A DNA stretch of 64,000 nt, from the NCBI RefSeq assembly GCF_000002075.1, contig NW_004797292.1:1594861-1658860 (forward strand), read 5' to 3'. The position numbers and the translations under genes are program-made. The notes under the pieces were generated by a model, which had not been told where the DNA came from, ran no database searches, and worked only from the letters and a program-made list of their open reading frames with translations. The DNA is from Aplysia californica (lineage: Eukaryota). This document shows, piece after piece, positions 1-12,763 of this stretch (positions are counted from its first letter, which is position 1; each line of letters begins with the position of its first letter).

Positions 1-2280
1 AATTTGGAATCTCAGAGTACGGTATCAACAGGCCTAACGCGATTATGTTTACCGTCCCTTTTATGATGTTATTCAACTTCTAAACGTTATTGTATTAAGA
101 TGTAGTCTGTTTGGTTCTTTCTTTGTTTTCCCTTGGGCTCTTCCACGTCCAGCATTTTGTTGGGTAGTTCTTGAACCAGGTGTTCATCACAGTGAGTTTG
201 TCTTCATTGCACCATTCTACAAGTTTCTTGCCTCTTCAGTTGATAGTTGATATCACCAATTCCAAATGGCCCAAATGTGTTCTCTCTTCTTTCCTTTCCC
301 GTTTTTCTATTGGAATCTTCCATTACTATCTTCATATTTCGTGACATGATTTGTTGCGTTGCTTTTTTAAATTCCTCACAGAATGTCTCTAATTCTATCA
401 GATCCTTATCTCCAGAATCCCGTTGTCGAATGGTTTTTGGCTCAGTTTAGCGTCGATGATTCTGTCATTAGCTGCCCAGGGAGCTTTTAGAATACAATAT
501 GATGCCAGCTCCTATCTGATGTTCGTCTACTCCTAAATACAGAAACGTGAATTCCTTTGATCTTTTGCTCCCGGTGTCTTCCATATCGTTTCACCCAATC
601 CAAGTTTGTTTAATTTCGTTCTTCTCTTTCCTTTTTTTGTCGTTGATATACTCAAACTTTCCTTTCTGGAACATAATTTGGGTTTGATGACGATCAGATA
701 TCTACTGTCGAATGTGATCATCCTTATCTAATGAAGCGTTTTTAAAATGCTAGTAACCCCATTCACGATGTATACTGACCTCTTTCTTTTTCCGATTCGC
801 ATGATTCACCTTGCATTAGATAACTACCAACGGTTAAAATTACTTTTTACGAGGGCAGTCCTCAAACTAAACAGGCGGCCCCAGGCAATGTCCAATACTA
901 CAAACAGTATCTCCTGCATTTCAAACTTGAAAAGCCGACCATTTCCCCAAATTATCTTTGGTAGCCTAACAGTTCATCCATGCTTACATGTAACCCTGCA
1001 GGGGCGGGTGGGGAGGGACACTAAGTGGTATCAACTTTGTCCAATGGTGTCTCACATTCCAGCAGAGTATAACAGTCGTACTACTTTTGTTGATGGGAGA
1101 TCGATGTAAATAGCAGTGTTCTATCCCGCCGACCAACCAAAAACATTAGGAAGAGGCAGAAGCAGTTTCTGTCACACTTACATATATCACATAAATGGAT
1201 CAAACACAGTGTTCTCACTAAAATAGTACAAGGCAAAAGAGGCAAAAGTAGAGGAAGTAGAACTTACTTTATTAAAGAACGCTGACAGATGGTAGATGTG
1301 GGATAACAGGACAATTTAGGTACAGGTAATTCTAAAAGCATCCAAGCTGAGGAAGGAGTGGCAAAATATGATCACCAATGTCTTTTCTTAACATTAAATG
1401 ATGAATCGCATTCATGCACAGAGGTATTCACTAATAAACATTTGTTTGTTTGTTTGTTTGTTTGTTTGCTTGCTTGTTTGTTTATTTGTTGGTTTCTTTT
1501 TTTTTGCCAGGACAAGCTGTAATATCTCTAGTTGCATAATTACATTCGCGTCAGGAAAAGAATAAGAAAACGTTTTAGGCCAAAGAAAATAATTTGTGTG
1601 GCAATAGTGGTCAAATCAAGCACTCGTCAAAATAACATAAGAGATGATGTTTTCACAGCAAATAATTGTTATGGATTTTCTTTCTTTTTTTTTCTCCAAC
1701 ACATTTCATGCCTTTTAAAACACATTTCTTTGTGCATTTTTACTGAAAAACACCCAGTTGACCTTAAGTACAAAACCCTTCATTTTTATTTAGTTTACAA
1801 GAAAAGTCGAGCATCGGAAATCACTAAATATTGGTGGCCATTTTCTGGCTAATTTTACTTCTATAACCAGGCAACCTCCACCTCCTTTAATCAAAAATAT
1901 CTCAACTTCTTTACCAGATATTGCAATTTTCCTCATCGAAAGCAAGGCAAGTGAACTAGGATTCAGATTAATTCCAAATGCTCACCCATTAACAACACAG
2001 TATTGAGACACATTAATTTGTTTTGTTCCTGAAGAAGGCGTCAAAAATGGTATATTCACTCCAACAATATTGATGGAGAGATGATCGAAGCGTAGACAGA
2101 TCTTCTTTTTTTGCTGCACTGATTGCCCAGAATAATGATTTTGACCAAGTTAGGCATAGATGGAGAAGGTTTAAAAGCTATTAGGGATTTCTACAGAAAC
2201 CAACATCTTGCTTTGAAAATTGAGGAAAAGTACAGCTAACACAAACATGGCAATGTTGTGTTAGGTCTCTGAAAGTCTTT
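1..2280 (+). repeat. Local segmental duplication, copy 1 (paralogous to 9422-12020); runs off the window start
   Basis: Colinear, highly similar by eye with indels: 1 aatttggaatctcagagtacg vs 9422 aatttggaagctcagagtacg. Shared blocks such as gggacactaagtggtatcaactttgtccaatggtgtctcacattccagcagag occur at ~1015 and ~10698. Confidence 0.9.
90..720 (-). mobile_element. Decayed RTE-clade LINE, AP-endonuclease remnant (second copy ~9700-10400)
   Basis: Minus-strand translation gives FGPFGIGDIN..RGKKLVEWCNEDKLTVMNTWFK..WTWKSP..DYIL, typical of RTE-type APE domains; frameshifted. Confidence 0.75.
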
Positions 2281-2413
2281 GTACATATATATATNNNNNN
2301 NNNNNNNNNNNNNNNNNNNNNNNNNNNNNNNNNNNNNNNNNNNNNNNNNNNNNNNNNNNNNNNNNNNNNNNNNNNNNNNNNNNNNNNNNNNNNNAGAGAG
2401 AGACTATATATAT

Positions 2414-2829
2414 GTGAGGCAGCGTGGTGGAAGCAGGCTCTCGTCAATGTTTGGGCATGTAGAGTTATTGGTATTATCTTAAAGCTTCTTTACTTGCCGT
2501 ATTTTGGATTAAGAAAATATCCAATTATCTTGAATACAAGTCGAGATACTTACGAAAAAAGGAGGTGGGGGCCACCTGTTTTCGAAGGTAAAATTAGTGA
2601 GAAAATGGCCGCCAAAGATTAGTTATTTCCTTAGCTTAAGTGTCCGTGGTAACTGAAAATTCACATTTTTTGGTGCTTTTAATCAATGTTTTTCAGAAAA
2701 ATCCAAACAGAAATGAATTCTTTAATGGTCATGATAGGTGTTGAGCCAAAAAACACAAATTTGATTTTTTTAAAAGTTTCTTCATTTTGACTATTTTGAC
2801 GAGAGCCTGAATCCACCACGCTGCCCCAC
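2414..2829. mobile_element. ~420-bp non-autonomous DNA transposon (MITE family M1), 4-bp AWWT target duplication
   Basis: ~35-bp imperfect TIR (gtgaggcagcgtggtggaagcaggctctcgtcaa ... ttgacgagagcctgaatccaccacgctgccccac) flanked by ATAT/ATAT; further copies are listed separately. Confidence 0.85.
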
Positions 2830-2854
2830 ATATTTATAAATATTGCTACTTATT

Positions 2855-3110
2855 TACAACACTCGCAGCTGAATAGGCTCATATGAGCACGTGGGACACT
2901 TTAAACATTTTTAGTTTGGTAAGAATCAATTTTGAAGTTTGCCAGGCTGGCGACCAAAGCCTACTCTTATCCATTTTATGATCACCACAGGATTTTTAAC
3001 GTGCACAACTTACACGGGCCCCGAGATTTTTTTGACCTTATTCGAGAGGGCTGGTTGTTAGATTTTACCAAGCCAAAGATCAAGACAGTGACTGAAAGGC
3101 AGCAATGAGA
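2855..3110 (-). mobile_element. Dispersed SINE-like repeat (family S2); other copies or 3' ends at ~23958-24310, 31593, 52051-52350, 58260, 59352, 63640
   Basis: Recurrent motif tttacggcgctcgcaactgcataaggtcatatgagcgc (here in degenerate form), plus a shared internal gcacgttaaa-type box in the longer copies. Confidence 0.6.
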
Positions 3111-3704
3111 AGGAGACAGAGAGTAGCTGGATCCCGTGAACTAGTGTTATGGTGATGGTGAATACGACAATAACCTTGACGGCTAGCAATCCTTGTCCAT
3201 TATAACCAAGCCACAAAGAAGCATAACGGAACATGACACTGGAACTCGCCGAAAAAAGAAGGGGAAGGGTGAGGTGCGGAGGGGGGGGGGGCGGTGGTTA
3301 TGAATTCATGGGTGTCTACCAAGTAGAGGATCAGACTTTCCAAAAACCACTGAGTTTAGAACAGAGCATGGGATACCCATATACATGTGTGCAGATAGTC
3401 AGATCTAAGTCAAATTGATATGAAGACTCACAGAACAAAGATGGGTTGTGCTGCCCAACCAAGCTCTCAACATTAGCGATCTGTTCCCACAGATAGGACA
3501 ACAGAAATCCAAAGCCAGGATCAAGTTCACAGTGTTGAGGAAATCCAAACTGTTGAGGGAGATGGAGTGGGATTACAAACCAGAAGGCCTAATTTCTCTT
3601 TCCTCCGGATAACTCGAAAGAAGTCTGTCAAAACCTAGATGTTGACATCATAATTTGAGCACTGAAGGTAGAACTGGGCAACATAAATTACATGGCGGTA
3701 TTTG

Positions 3705-4035
3705 GGGATATTATTGTGGCGTACCGGACTCGTAATGGTGAGGCTGCGGGTTCGGAGGTTTGAGCCGCGGGCTTGAAGTGGTGTCCTTAGGAAAGGCACT
3801 TTAGAAGAATTTTTCTCACTTCACCCAGGTGGGAATGTGTACCTGGCCATAGAGAGCGAAAGATTTTCTCAGTATGTTTGTGTTTAAGCGCCAATAAATG
3901 GCTGCTTGCACCGTATTCTTCCCAGGAAGTTGATTTTGTTTCAGAATGCTCTCAGGACTGCTGGGGTAATAGTATAGATGGTGAAGCGCATAGAGCTTGC
4001 TGTTGAGCGGAGATTTGCGCTATTCAAATGCTATC

Positions 4036-4089
<54 letters not shown>
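3705..4089 (+). mobile_element. tRNA-derived SINE with (TAT)n tail
   Basis: Degenerate B-box-like ggttcg; conserved SINE body gtgtccttaggaaaggcacttta..ttcacccaggtg; LINE-like 3' end aagcgcatagag..gcgctattcaaat followed by (TAT)n. Confidence 0.65.
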
Positions 4090-4090
<1 letters not shown>

Positions 4091-4149
4091 ATGTCTTCAA
4101 TATCTGAGAAATAGTTCAGTCATGTAGGCTAAATGCCCATCAACATAAA

Positions 4150-4338
4150 TCACACAATTAGGTAATTTAACAGGCAGGAGCTCCGTGCTTAACGTCCACA
4201 TCTCTGAAAGGACCTAGCCAAATTTGAAATTCGTGTAAAGTGATTTTCCAAAGGACACAAGGTCTGGAAGTCGAACGCCCGAACCCGCAATCTCACGATC
4301 AAGGGCCCGGTAGCCTCACCACTAGGCTACCGACGCCA
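4150..4338 (-). mobile_element. tRNA-derived SINE, 5' portion
   Basis: The minus strand starts ggcgtcggTAGCCTAGTGGtgagg (A box), then GTTCGACT (B box), then ttgtgtcctttggaaaatcactttac. Confidence 0.65.
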
Positions 4339-6845
4339 CCTCAGTATCCTTAAAGTGCTCTTTGCTTAGTAGAGTAGCAAAGCAAAGCAAACCCCACAGA
4401 ACAGCAGCTGATAAAAACAAATTGGAACACCATAAAAACACACATATTCACCTATTGGAAAATTAAAAAGTAAATAAAACCTGCTGAGAATGGAATCAGC
4501 AGAAAAGAAAGAAAGCCCGAGGAAGCTTTGAAATGAACTAGAACAAGAAGCAACACCCATTGATCTCAGTAACTCGGAACTTTTGGGGAAAAGAAGAAGG
4601 AATATCTTTTATAAAATCCCACATTTTTCCAGTAAATATTTATTTTTGCAAAAAATACACAAGGCGTGCTTAGATATTGTGTTTGAATACAATAAACTGC
4701 ATTATCACCACCTAACGTTTCGTTATGTTGTAATTTTTGATTCGTTGAAGCCCACAGCATAGCATAAGAAACATGCACACTCTCGTGCACAACGTTCCAT
4801 TGATGGACAAGGCTTTCAGGGTCATAAAAAGTAAGGATCTTTTGGGTGAATAGATACAAAAGCAACACGAGTCCTTTCAATTAATATTGAAATGTATAGT
4901 TTGTCCAAAGTTACCAAATTTTTGATGTCTTGCATTAAAGGGTTCACTTTTTCTTGTTTTCCTTTGTATTTCTACTTGGCCCCCATTTTATCATAGACAA
5001 CAGTTTTGCATCATTTTCAACTTTGTTTCTTTTCTTTTGTTGATAGCTTCCCTTGTGCCTTTTAAAATCCATTCTTCTGATAGTTTTGTTTCACACCCAA
5101 CAACTTTATCCTCTATGGTGACGTAATATTATGCTTCTGTTCTAGCCTCCTGCGTGTCATTTAGAGACATCATTACTATACTGATAAGTCATAGAATACT
5201 TTTATATTACAATTTTTTTTTCATATATTGTATATTAATTAATGACCGTCAAGCAGAAAATGCGAGTGTTCCCAGCACCTCCTGCTTCTCTCACACATTC
5301 TATGTAGGCATTATGGCCTACGTTCCCACTCATCAATCATACTTTTAAAAGGCCAAGCTTTAGACCTCGCATTATTGCAATCTTCTGATAAATGGCAAGT
5401 GAAATGTAAAGAATTTCTAATCCTGTTCTGTGATTATCTGACGTGAAGCGGCATGACGGAGAGCGGAAATCGTAGGCGGGTATTGCGACAGAAAGGTTCC
5501 TTGGTCAGATACCGTCATTCTTTACTTTTTTAAGATACCGGTAAATTTCAAACAATCTTCCCAAATAATGACAAACATTCCTCAATATATTATTACCCCA
5601 AAAATAATGTAACAGCAGAGAAGAACAGTGGACCCCAATCCTGTTCAGTAGCGATGCGTTTGTGTTACTGTATTGTGGGCTTTTAAAAAATGTTATCACC
5701 CAAGGTAACAAAAACGGAGAAAGAAAAAAAAAAGATTTCAAGCTTCGTTCCACACCATTAATTGTTACAAAAAATCATTTAAAAAGGAACATTTTTGTGC
5801 AGTAAAGTTTTTCAGAATATGTGCATAGTGCCCCGATTAGATTAGAGATTACTTACTTTTAAAGGCTCAATAGTCCCAGCTAATTGAGGGTAAACCTTCT
5901 AAGATGTTTAAAAATCGCTCACTGGGATTTTAAAGAAATATTACTTATTTATGAGTTTTCTAGAATTCTGTTAGAATTATTAACAGTTCTTCATGTCACA
6001 CTTTGTCAAAAGTTTTAGCGTAGTCGAGAAAGAAAAGGTGACGGTTTTACTGGAATTTAGTTGATCTTTCTATAACAATATAAATTTAGTGGAAAGATTG
6101 CATTTCAGGTACCTTAATCCGAAAACAAATCCTAATTGCGTATCTCAGATTTCTGGAAGTACATGTATTTAATTTCCCATTCTTTTCATAAGAGCTCGAA
6201 GGAGAACTTCAGTAAGATGTAGCCCGAGACTGTTTGTCCTCTGTTGTTCCTGTTCTGGTGTTCTAGCTTTTGTTGGTTGTGCTATAAAGATCTGCTGGTA
6301 CCTCTTCGGTGTTGTATTTGGTGTTAAGCAATGTTGTTACTTCTTTGATAACCACCACCCCCCCCCCTAGTGCTGTGATCATCTAAATAATTATGTTGAT
6401 GGGTCCTGGTGTTCCTCTAGCTAGATTATTATTTTATCCTTGGAGTCTTTCAATTCTTGTTTAGTATTGGTGGTCCGCTGATGTCTCCCAGAAATACTGG
6501 CGCTGGGCTTTTATCTTTATAGTACAGTTCTATTCTTCCTATCTGATCAATATAGCTATAGTATTTATCGAGATTTATCTTCTTTTAGGTTTTAGGCATC
6601 CTGTTTTGGGTGCCGATTTCCTTCCTGATACACCTTGATTCTTCGGGTGCATAAATTTGCTCTCTTTGGTCTTGCTATTTTCTATTTCTTCACACTGAGA
6701 ATGAGCCCTCAGAGAGCTCAGTTAAAATAAAGCTGGACTACGAAGCGAATGATTCTTATTCGAATCCCATTTTGGACGCTCCAAAACTCGAGTCGTTTTG
6801 TGGAGTTTGCAAGGCTCTCAACCCATTAGGCGTTCTACCTCTTAA

Positions 6846-7553
6846 GGCCACACATGGGTTTTGGGGTCCAGTTTGGGTCCAAATAATGTTTAGTTTTTTT
6901 TGGGTTTTAATGTTTACTAAATGAAAAGGAAGTTTTCCCAAAGCCTTAATTCAAAGACGTAGCTCCATAAAGTTTGTAACTTTGTGGCCAATACAACGCT
7001 TTAAAACAATTTTAAGATGTTCTTGCTCCTTTCCTCAAAATTTTCATTTCTTGGCTTTAAAAGCAAAAAACTCAAAAACCATTCAAGATGAAGGCATGCA
7101 ATTCTAGGGGTAAGTGCACCATGCAGTTCCAAACAAAATGATGCTTCCTGGGGTGAAAAAAACATTTTTTTCAAATTTTTTTTTTTTACTTTGCGGTTTT
7201 GACTATTTTAGTCATTTGCTAATATGCAAGTCTTCTAAAAACAGTTATAGAATGATTAATATTTACAATTTCATGAAAAGCTAGGGTCCTTTTCCTAAGA
7301 TTTGTGTACATATTACAAATATGTAATTAGTTCATAGATTGCATGTATGGTTTTTAAGTTTTTAGCTTTTGAAAATGGTCCTTCAGATAGCCAGGTTTCA
7401 CTCTAATTTGCCATTTCTGTGATTATGTAAATGACAATGATTCCCAAAACTGAATATTTTAAATCCTTGAATGGAACACTCTGAGAAAATGAGATAAAAA
7501 CAGGCAAAAATAACTTGATTGTAGATTTTGGGGTTAAGAATTAGAGTGGGGCC
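6846..7553. mobile_element. TTAA-flanked non-autonomous DNA element (Kolobok-like termini)
   Basis: ttaa|ggccacac ... gtggggcc|ttaa; short imperfect TIR starting with purines. Confidence 0.55.
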
Positions 7554-7569
7554 TTAAATAAGTAATTTT

Positions 7570-7960
7570 GTGGATAAAGCGTTAAACCCATTCAATTATA
7601 CCTACATTAAGAATTTATCCACGTATCTTTTGGCTCATTGTATTTTTTTCACTTGTTCTCTCATTGCCTTGTATTTCTTTTCAACATTTTGTATCGTCTT
7701 CTTTCGTCCATAAGATCATGCATCTCTAGAGTTGTCCATTATTTGTGTTCTTTCCGTTTGGTGATTGGTATGTGTTTTGAAAACGTTCTCTCATATATTG
7801 CAACTTTTCTTCAGCCCATGTTAGATTTTTTGACCGCAGCTGCATATTATTTCATCTTCATTTTTTTTTACCAGTACGTTGAAGATTTTGGTGGCCTTTT
7901 GCTCTTCTATAAGTTCTTTAGTTTTACCAAAGACCAAGTGATGTAAACAAGACAGTACAG
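7570..7960 (-). mobile_element. Decayed RTE LINE fragment (region between endonuclease and RT)
   Basis: Minus-strand frames give HHLVFGK.. and LEMHDLMDERRRYK; probably the continuation of the APE remnant at ~9700-10400. Confidence 0.5.
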
Positions 7961-9049
7961 CTTGGTCCAGACCGCCAATCTGACCAATCTCGTGACGACA
8001 GGAACTGGGGCGGTACACTCAAACAAACATGGCTGATCCTAAGAACACACACTGTAAGTGGTGTGCCGCAATAAACTGCACTAATTTTAAAAAAACAGAC
8101 AACCGGAATTAGTTGGGTTTTTTTCGTTTTCTCAAAGACCCTGAAAGATAGGTCAATTGGTGGATAAGTATATAAAGTTAAAAATAGCGTATCATTCAGT
8201 GAAAATTTGATTAAAAAAGACACACCTTTGTATTCACCATGAATGAAAGCGTGCGTTGTAACTTGGGCACTCCTGATTGAAGACCCGTTCTCACTTAGTG
8301 CCTCTGTAGTGAATTTCTTATTTAGGTTTAAACGGAATTAAACTTACATCTAATCTAGACCTAGATCTAGAATCTAGATATCTAGATCTAGATAATATCT
8401 AGAAATAGATTATCGAGGCTATCTAGAATCTAGATCTCCTAGATCTTCTAGATTTATGATTCAGATTCACTTCCACAACTGCCATCATGTAAACAAACGG
8501 GTCCGCATATGTACAGGAGTACAGTAACTTGTGTTTTAAGTAGATCTAGATATAGACCTAGATCTAAATCTACAACTAGATTTTAGAAATAGAAGATCTA
8601 TTGCAAACGTAGGTTTTAGAGCTAGGCTTCCTCGCATCTGGAGATAGTTTCTTTAGTTTAGATGTATCTAGATCTAATGATTCAGTGCTCATCTCCCAGT
8701 CAAGATCTAGAAAACAATGCATGCTTTGTTATTAGATCTAGATCTACATTCTTTGGCACAGATATGGTGAATTGTATATAAATATTTCTTGCTCTTTCTT
8801 TCTCTCTCCATTTTTCTCTCTCCATTTTTCTCTCTCGTTCTCTTTTCCTCGTCTCCTTTATTGTTCTTGAATAATGTATTAAGTTAGATCTACTTGTATT
8901 TGAAAGCCAAAATTGTCTAGAATTTTAATGTTGTTATTGTTGCTCATTATCGTTATTGTTGCTGTCTCCCTCCCCCTTTGTCCATATTGATGATGTTGCC
9001 TTTGCTGCTGCTCTTGCTCCTGATGTTGTTGTCGTCATGGTTGTTTATT

Positions 9050-9058
9050 GTTCTCTCT

Positions 9059-9108
<50 letters not shown>

Positions 9109-9128
9109 TTCTCTCTCTCTCTCTCTCT
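9050..9128. repeat. (CT)n microsatellite
   Basis: Direct reading. Confidence 0.95.
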
Positions 9129-9421
9129 TCCTTATTTATTCCAAATGTTAAAATTATATCTCTGTTTGTAATTGATTTGTATTATAATATTCCTCACAGT
9201 AAGAATGTGTAAAAAATTAGTAATAGTGCTCTTTTGCAACCCCCCAAAATGTATGTGAACTGAATTTTTTAATAATCGGCAAATCATCCCCCCCCCCCTT
9301 CCGCCCTTCCCCTCGCCTCTTTTTTGGGAAGGACTTCCGTAACGAGCGACCACTATGGGACATCCTTCCACCCTTGTATTAATATCTGGTAAATATACCC
9401 CCCCCCCCCCGCCCCCTTTTT

Positions 9422-12020
9422 AATTTGGAAGCTCAGAGTACGACATCAACGTGGTTTCGTTCACCCACATTAGAACAATAACAGGCCTAACGCGATTATG
9501 TTTACCGTCCCAGGCTATAAATAGAACAGCTCTCTTCCCTTACGTGTCGTGTAGCACTGGTTGTCACGGACAACGCCGCAAACTGTACTGTCTCGTTTAC
9601 ATAGCTAGGTCTCTGGTTTGACTTTTATATTTTGTATGTGAAAATGTTCTCGATCTACCGCGTAGCATTGACTTTCATGATGTTATTTAACTTCTAAATG
9701 TATTTGTATTAAGATGTAGTCTGTTTGGTTTTTTCTTTGTTTTCCCTTGGGCTCTTCCACGTCCAGCATTTTGTTGGGTAGTTCTCGAACCAGGTGTTCA
9801 TCACAGTGAGTTTGTCTTCATGGCACCATTCTACATGTTTCTTGCCTCTTCAGTAGATAGTTGATACCACCAATTCCAAATAACCCCAATGTGTTCTCTC
9901 TTCTTTTCTTTCCCGTTTTTTGTACTGGAATCTCCCATTACTATCTTCATATTGCGTGACACGATTTGTAGCGTAGCTTTTTAAAATTCCTCACAGAATG
10001 TCTCTAATTCTATCAGATCCTTGCCTCCAGAATCCCGTTGTCGAATGGTTTTTGGCTCAGTTTAGCATCGATGATTCTGTCATTAGCTGCCCAGGGAGCT
10101 TTTGAGTAGAAATAAGATGCTAGTTCGTATCTGATGGTCGTCTACTCCTAAATACAGAAACGTGAATTCTTTTGATCTTTTGCTCCCGGTACCTTCCATC
10201 TCGTTTCACCCAATCCAAGTTTGTTTAATTTCGTTCTTCTCTTTTCTCTTTCGTTGTTGATATTCTCAAACTTTCCTTTCTGAAGCATAATTTGAGTGTA
10301 CCAGGTGCCAAATCTCAACAGTCATTTTATTTTACTGATTCGTTTGATGACGATCAGGTATCTACTGTCGAACGTGATGATCCTTATCTAGTGAAGCGTT
10401 TTTAAAGTGCTAGTGCTAGTAACCCCCATTCATGCTAAATACTGACCTCTTTCTTTTCTGGTTCGCATGATTCACTTTTGCATTAGATAACTGCCAAAGG
10501 TTTAAACTACTTTTTTACGGGGGCAGTGCTCAGACTAAACAGGCGGTCCCAGCCAATGTCCTGTACCACTAACAGTGTCTTCTGCATTTCAAACTTGAAA
10601 AGCCGACCATTTCCCCAAATTATCTTTGGTAGCCTAACAGTTCATCCGTCCATTGCTTACCACTACTACATGTAACCCTGCAGGGCGGGGTGGGAAGGGA
10701 CACTAAGTGGTATCAACTTTGTCCAATGGTGTCTCACATTCCAGCAGAGTATAGCAGTCGTACTACTTTTGTTGATGGGAGATCGATGTAAATAGCAGTG
10801 TTCTATCCCGTCGACCAACCAAAAACATTAGGAAGAGGCAGAAGCAGTTTCTGTCACACTTACATATATTATATAAATGAATCAAACACAGCGTTCTCAC
10901 TAAAATAGTACAAGACAAAAGAGGCAAATGTAGAGGAAGTAGAACTCACTTTATTAAAGAACGCTGACAGATGATAGATGGGGGAAAACAGGACAATCTA
11001 GGTTCAGGTTGTTCTAAAAGTGTCCAAGCTGAGGGAGTAGTGGCAAAATATGATCACCAATGCCTTCTCTCAACTTTAAATGGTGAATCGCATTCATGCA
11101 CAGNNNNNNNNNNNNNNNNNNNNNNNNNNNNNNNNNNNNNNNNNNNNNNNNNNNNNNNNNNNNNNNNNNNNNNNNNNNNNNNNNNNNNNNNNNNNNNNNN
11201 NNNNNNNNNNNNNNNNNNNNNNNNNNNNNNNNGCCAGGTCACACTGTAATATTTCTAGTTGCATAATTACAATTGCACCAGGAAAAGAATAAGAAAACGA
11301 TTTAGGCCACAGAAAATAATTTGTGTGGCAATAGTGGTCAAATCAAGCACTCGTCAAAATAACGTAATCGAAGAGATGATGTTTCTACAGCAAATAATTT
11401 TTATGGATTTTCTTTCTTTTTTTTTTCCTCAACACCTTATATGCCTTTTAAAACTTATTTCTTCAGGCATTTTTACTGAAAAACACCCCGTGGACCTTAA
11501 GCACAAAACCCTTCATTTTATTTAGTTTACAAGAAAAGCCGAGGATCGAAAATCAGTAAATTTTGGTGGCCATTTTCTGGCTAATTTTACTTCTATATCC
11601 AGGCAACCTCCACCTCCTTTAATCAAAAATATCTCAACTTCTTTACCAGATATTGCAATTTTTCTCATCGAAAGCAAGGCAAGTGAACTAGGTTTCAGAT
11701 TAATTCCAAATGCTCACCCATTAACAACACAGTATTGAGACACATTAATTGGTTTTGTTCCTGACGAAGGCGCCAAGAATGGTATATTCACCCAAACAAT
11801 ATTGATGTAGAGATCATCGAAGCGTAAACATTTCTTCTTTTCTGCAGCACTGATTGCCCATAACAATAAAGTTAGGCATAGGTGGAGAAGGTTTAAAAGT
11901 TATTAGGGATTTCTACAGGAACCAACATCTGGCTTTGAGAATTGAGGGAGAGTACAGCGAACACAAACAGGTAAAAAAAAAAGGAGGTTGGCAAGGTTGT
12001 GTTAAGTCTTCGGAGGTCTT
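9422..12020 (+). repeat. Local segmental duplication, copy 2 (paralogous to 1-2280), directly upstream of the gene 1 promoter
   Basis: See copy 1. Includes an RTE RT fragment (KLGIGGEGLKVIRDFYRNQ) at ~11870-12020. Confidence 0.9.
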
Positions 12021-12540
12021 TTAATATTATATACCCTCCCCCCCCCNNNNNNNNNNNNNNNNNNNNNNNNNNNNNNNNNNNNNNNNNNNNNNNNNNNNNN
12101 NNNNNNNNNNNNNNNNNNNNNNNNNNNNNNNNNNNNNNNNNNNNNNNNNNNNNNNNNNNNNNNNNNNNNNNNNNNNNNNNNNNNNNNNNNNNNNNNNNNN
12201 NNNNNNNNNNNNNNNGTTAATTAAAAACAAGCTCCAACAAAAAACCCACAAAACAACAAAAACAAATCAGAAACGTTAGAAAAGGTCGTTCATGAACAGT
12301 ACAAGAAATAAAAAATAGCCCATGGAGAAGAGGGCAAGTAGAAGCAAGAAACAACAACAAACGAACTTACAAACTTACCTATCGCAGGTGCAAGAATTAA
12401 TGCAGATAGACAACCTAGGTGTTGTTGTTTTTTTAATGATCTTATTTGTATTTGTGCTACCGTTTTTTTCTCACCTGCATATTGATTCACACGTTTTTGT
12501 ACATTAGTGTTAGAGTTTAGTGTCTAATTTTGTGACCTGG

Positions 12541-12574
12541 CATCACGACATCCGGACCTTTAAACATATAAATA
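12541..12574 (+). promoter_or_regulatory. Gene 1 core promoter: TCACGACA motif + TATA box (TATAAATA 12567-12574)
   Basis: The same motif order occurs upstream of all three intact paralogs (19731-19765, 53609-53643). Confidence 0.75.
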
Positions 12575-12596
12575 TGAGAATGTTCCAAAGTAGAAA

Positions 12597-12647
12597 CCCC
12601 ACAACCGTTCATTCTCCTCGGTTTAGCTTCAGGAAAGCAAGTGTGAG
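12597..12647 (+). other. Gene 1 predicted non-coding exon 1 (start approximate); donor GTGAGT at 12648, intron 12648-16112
   Basis: ATG-free block conserved among paralogs (cattctcctc..gcttc..gtgtgag|gtgagt); matching acceptor ttacAG|atcccacgATG at 16111-16123. Confidence 0.7.
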
Positions 12648-12691
12648 GTGAGTTGCCTTTCTAATGACTTCTATTGACGTGAACTGTCGTT

Positions 12692-12693
12692 TG

Positions 12694-12760
<67 letters not shown>

Positions 12761-12763
12761 GTG
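12692..12763. repeat. (GT)n microsatellite in gene 1 intron
   Basis: Direct reading. Confidence 0.95.

Noticed and set aside
4270-4338. tRNA gene
   Set aside because: A/B boxes are present but no clean cloverleaf, and the sequence continues into a SINE body.
4380-4560. Possible Penelope GIY-YIG remnant
   Set aside because: Only a vague resemblance; no diagnostic motif could be read.
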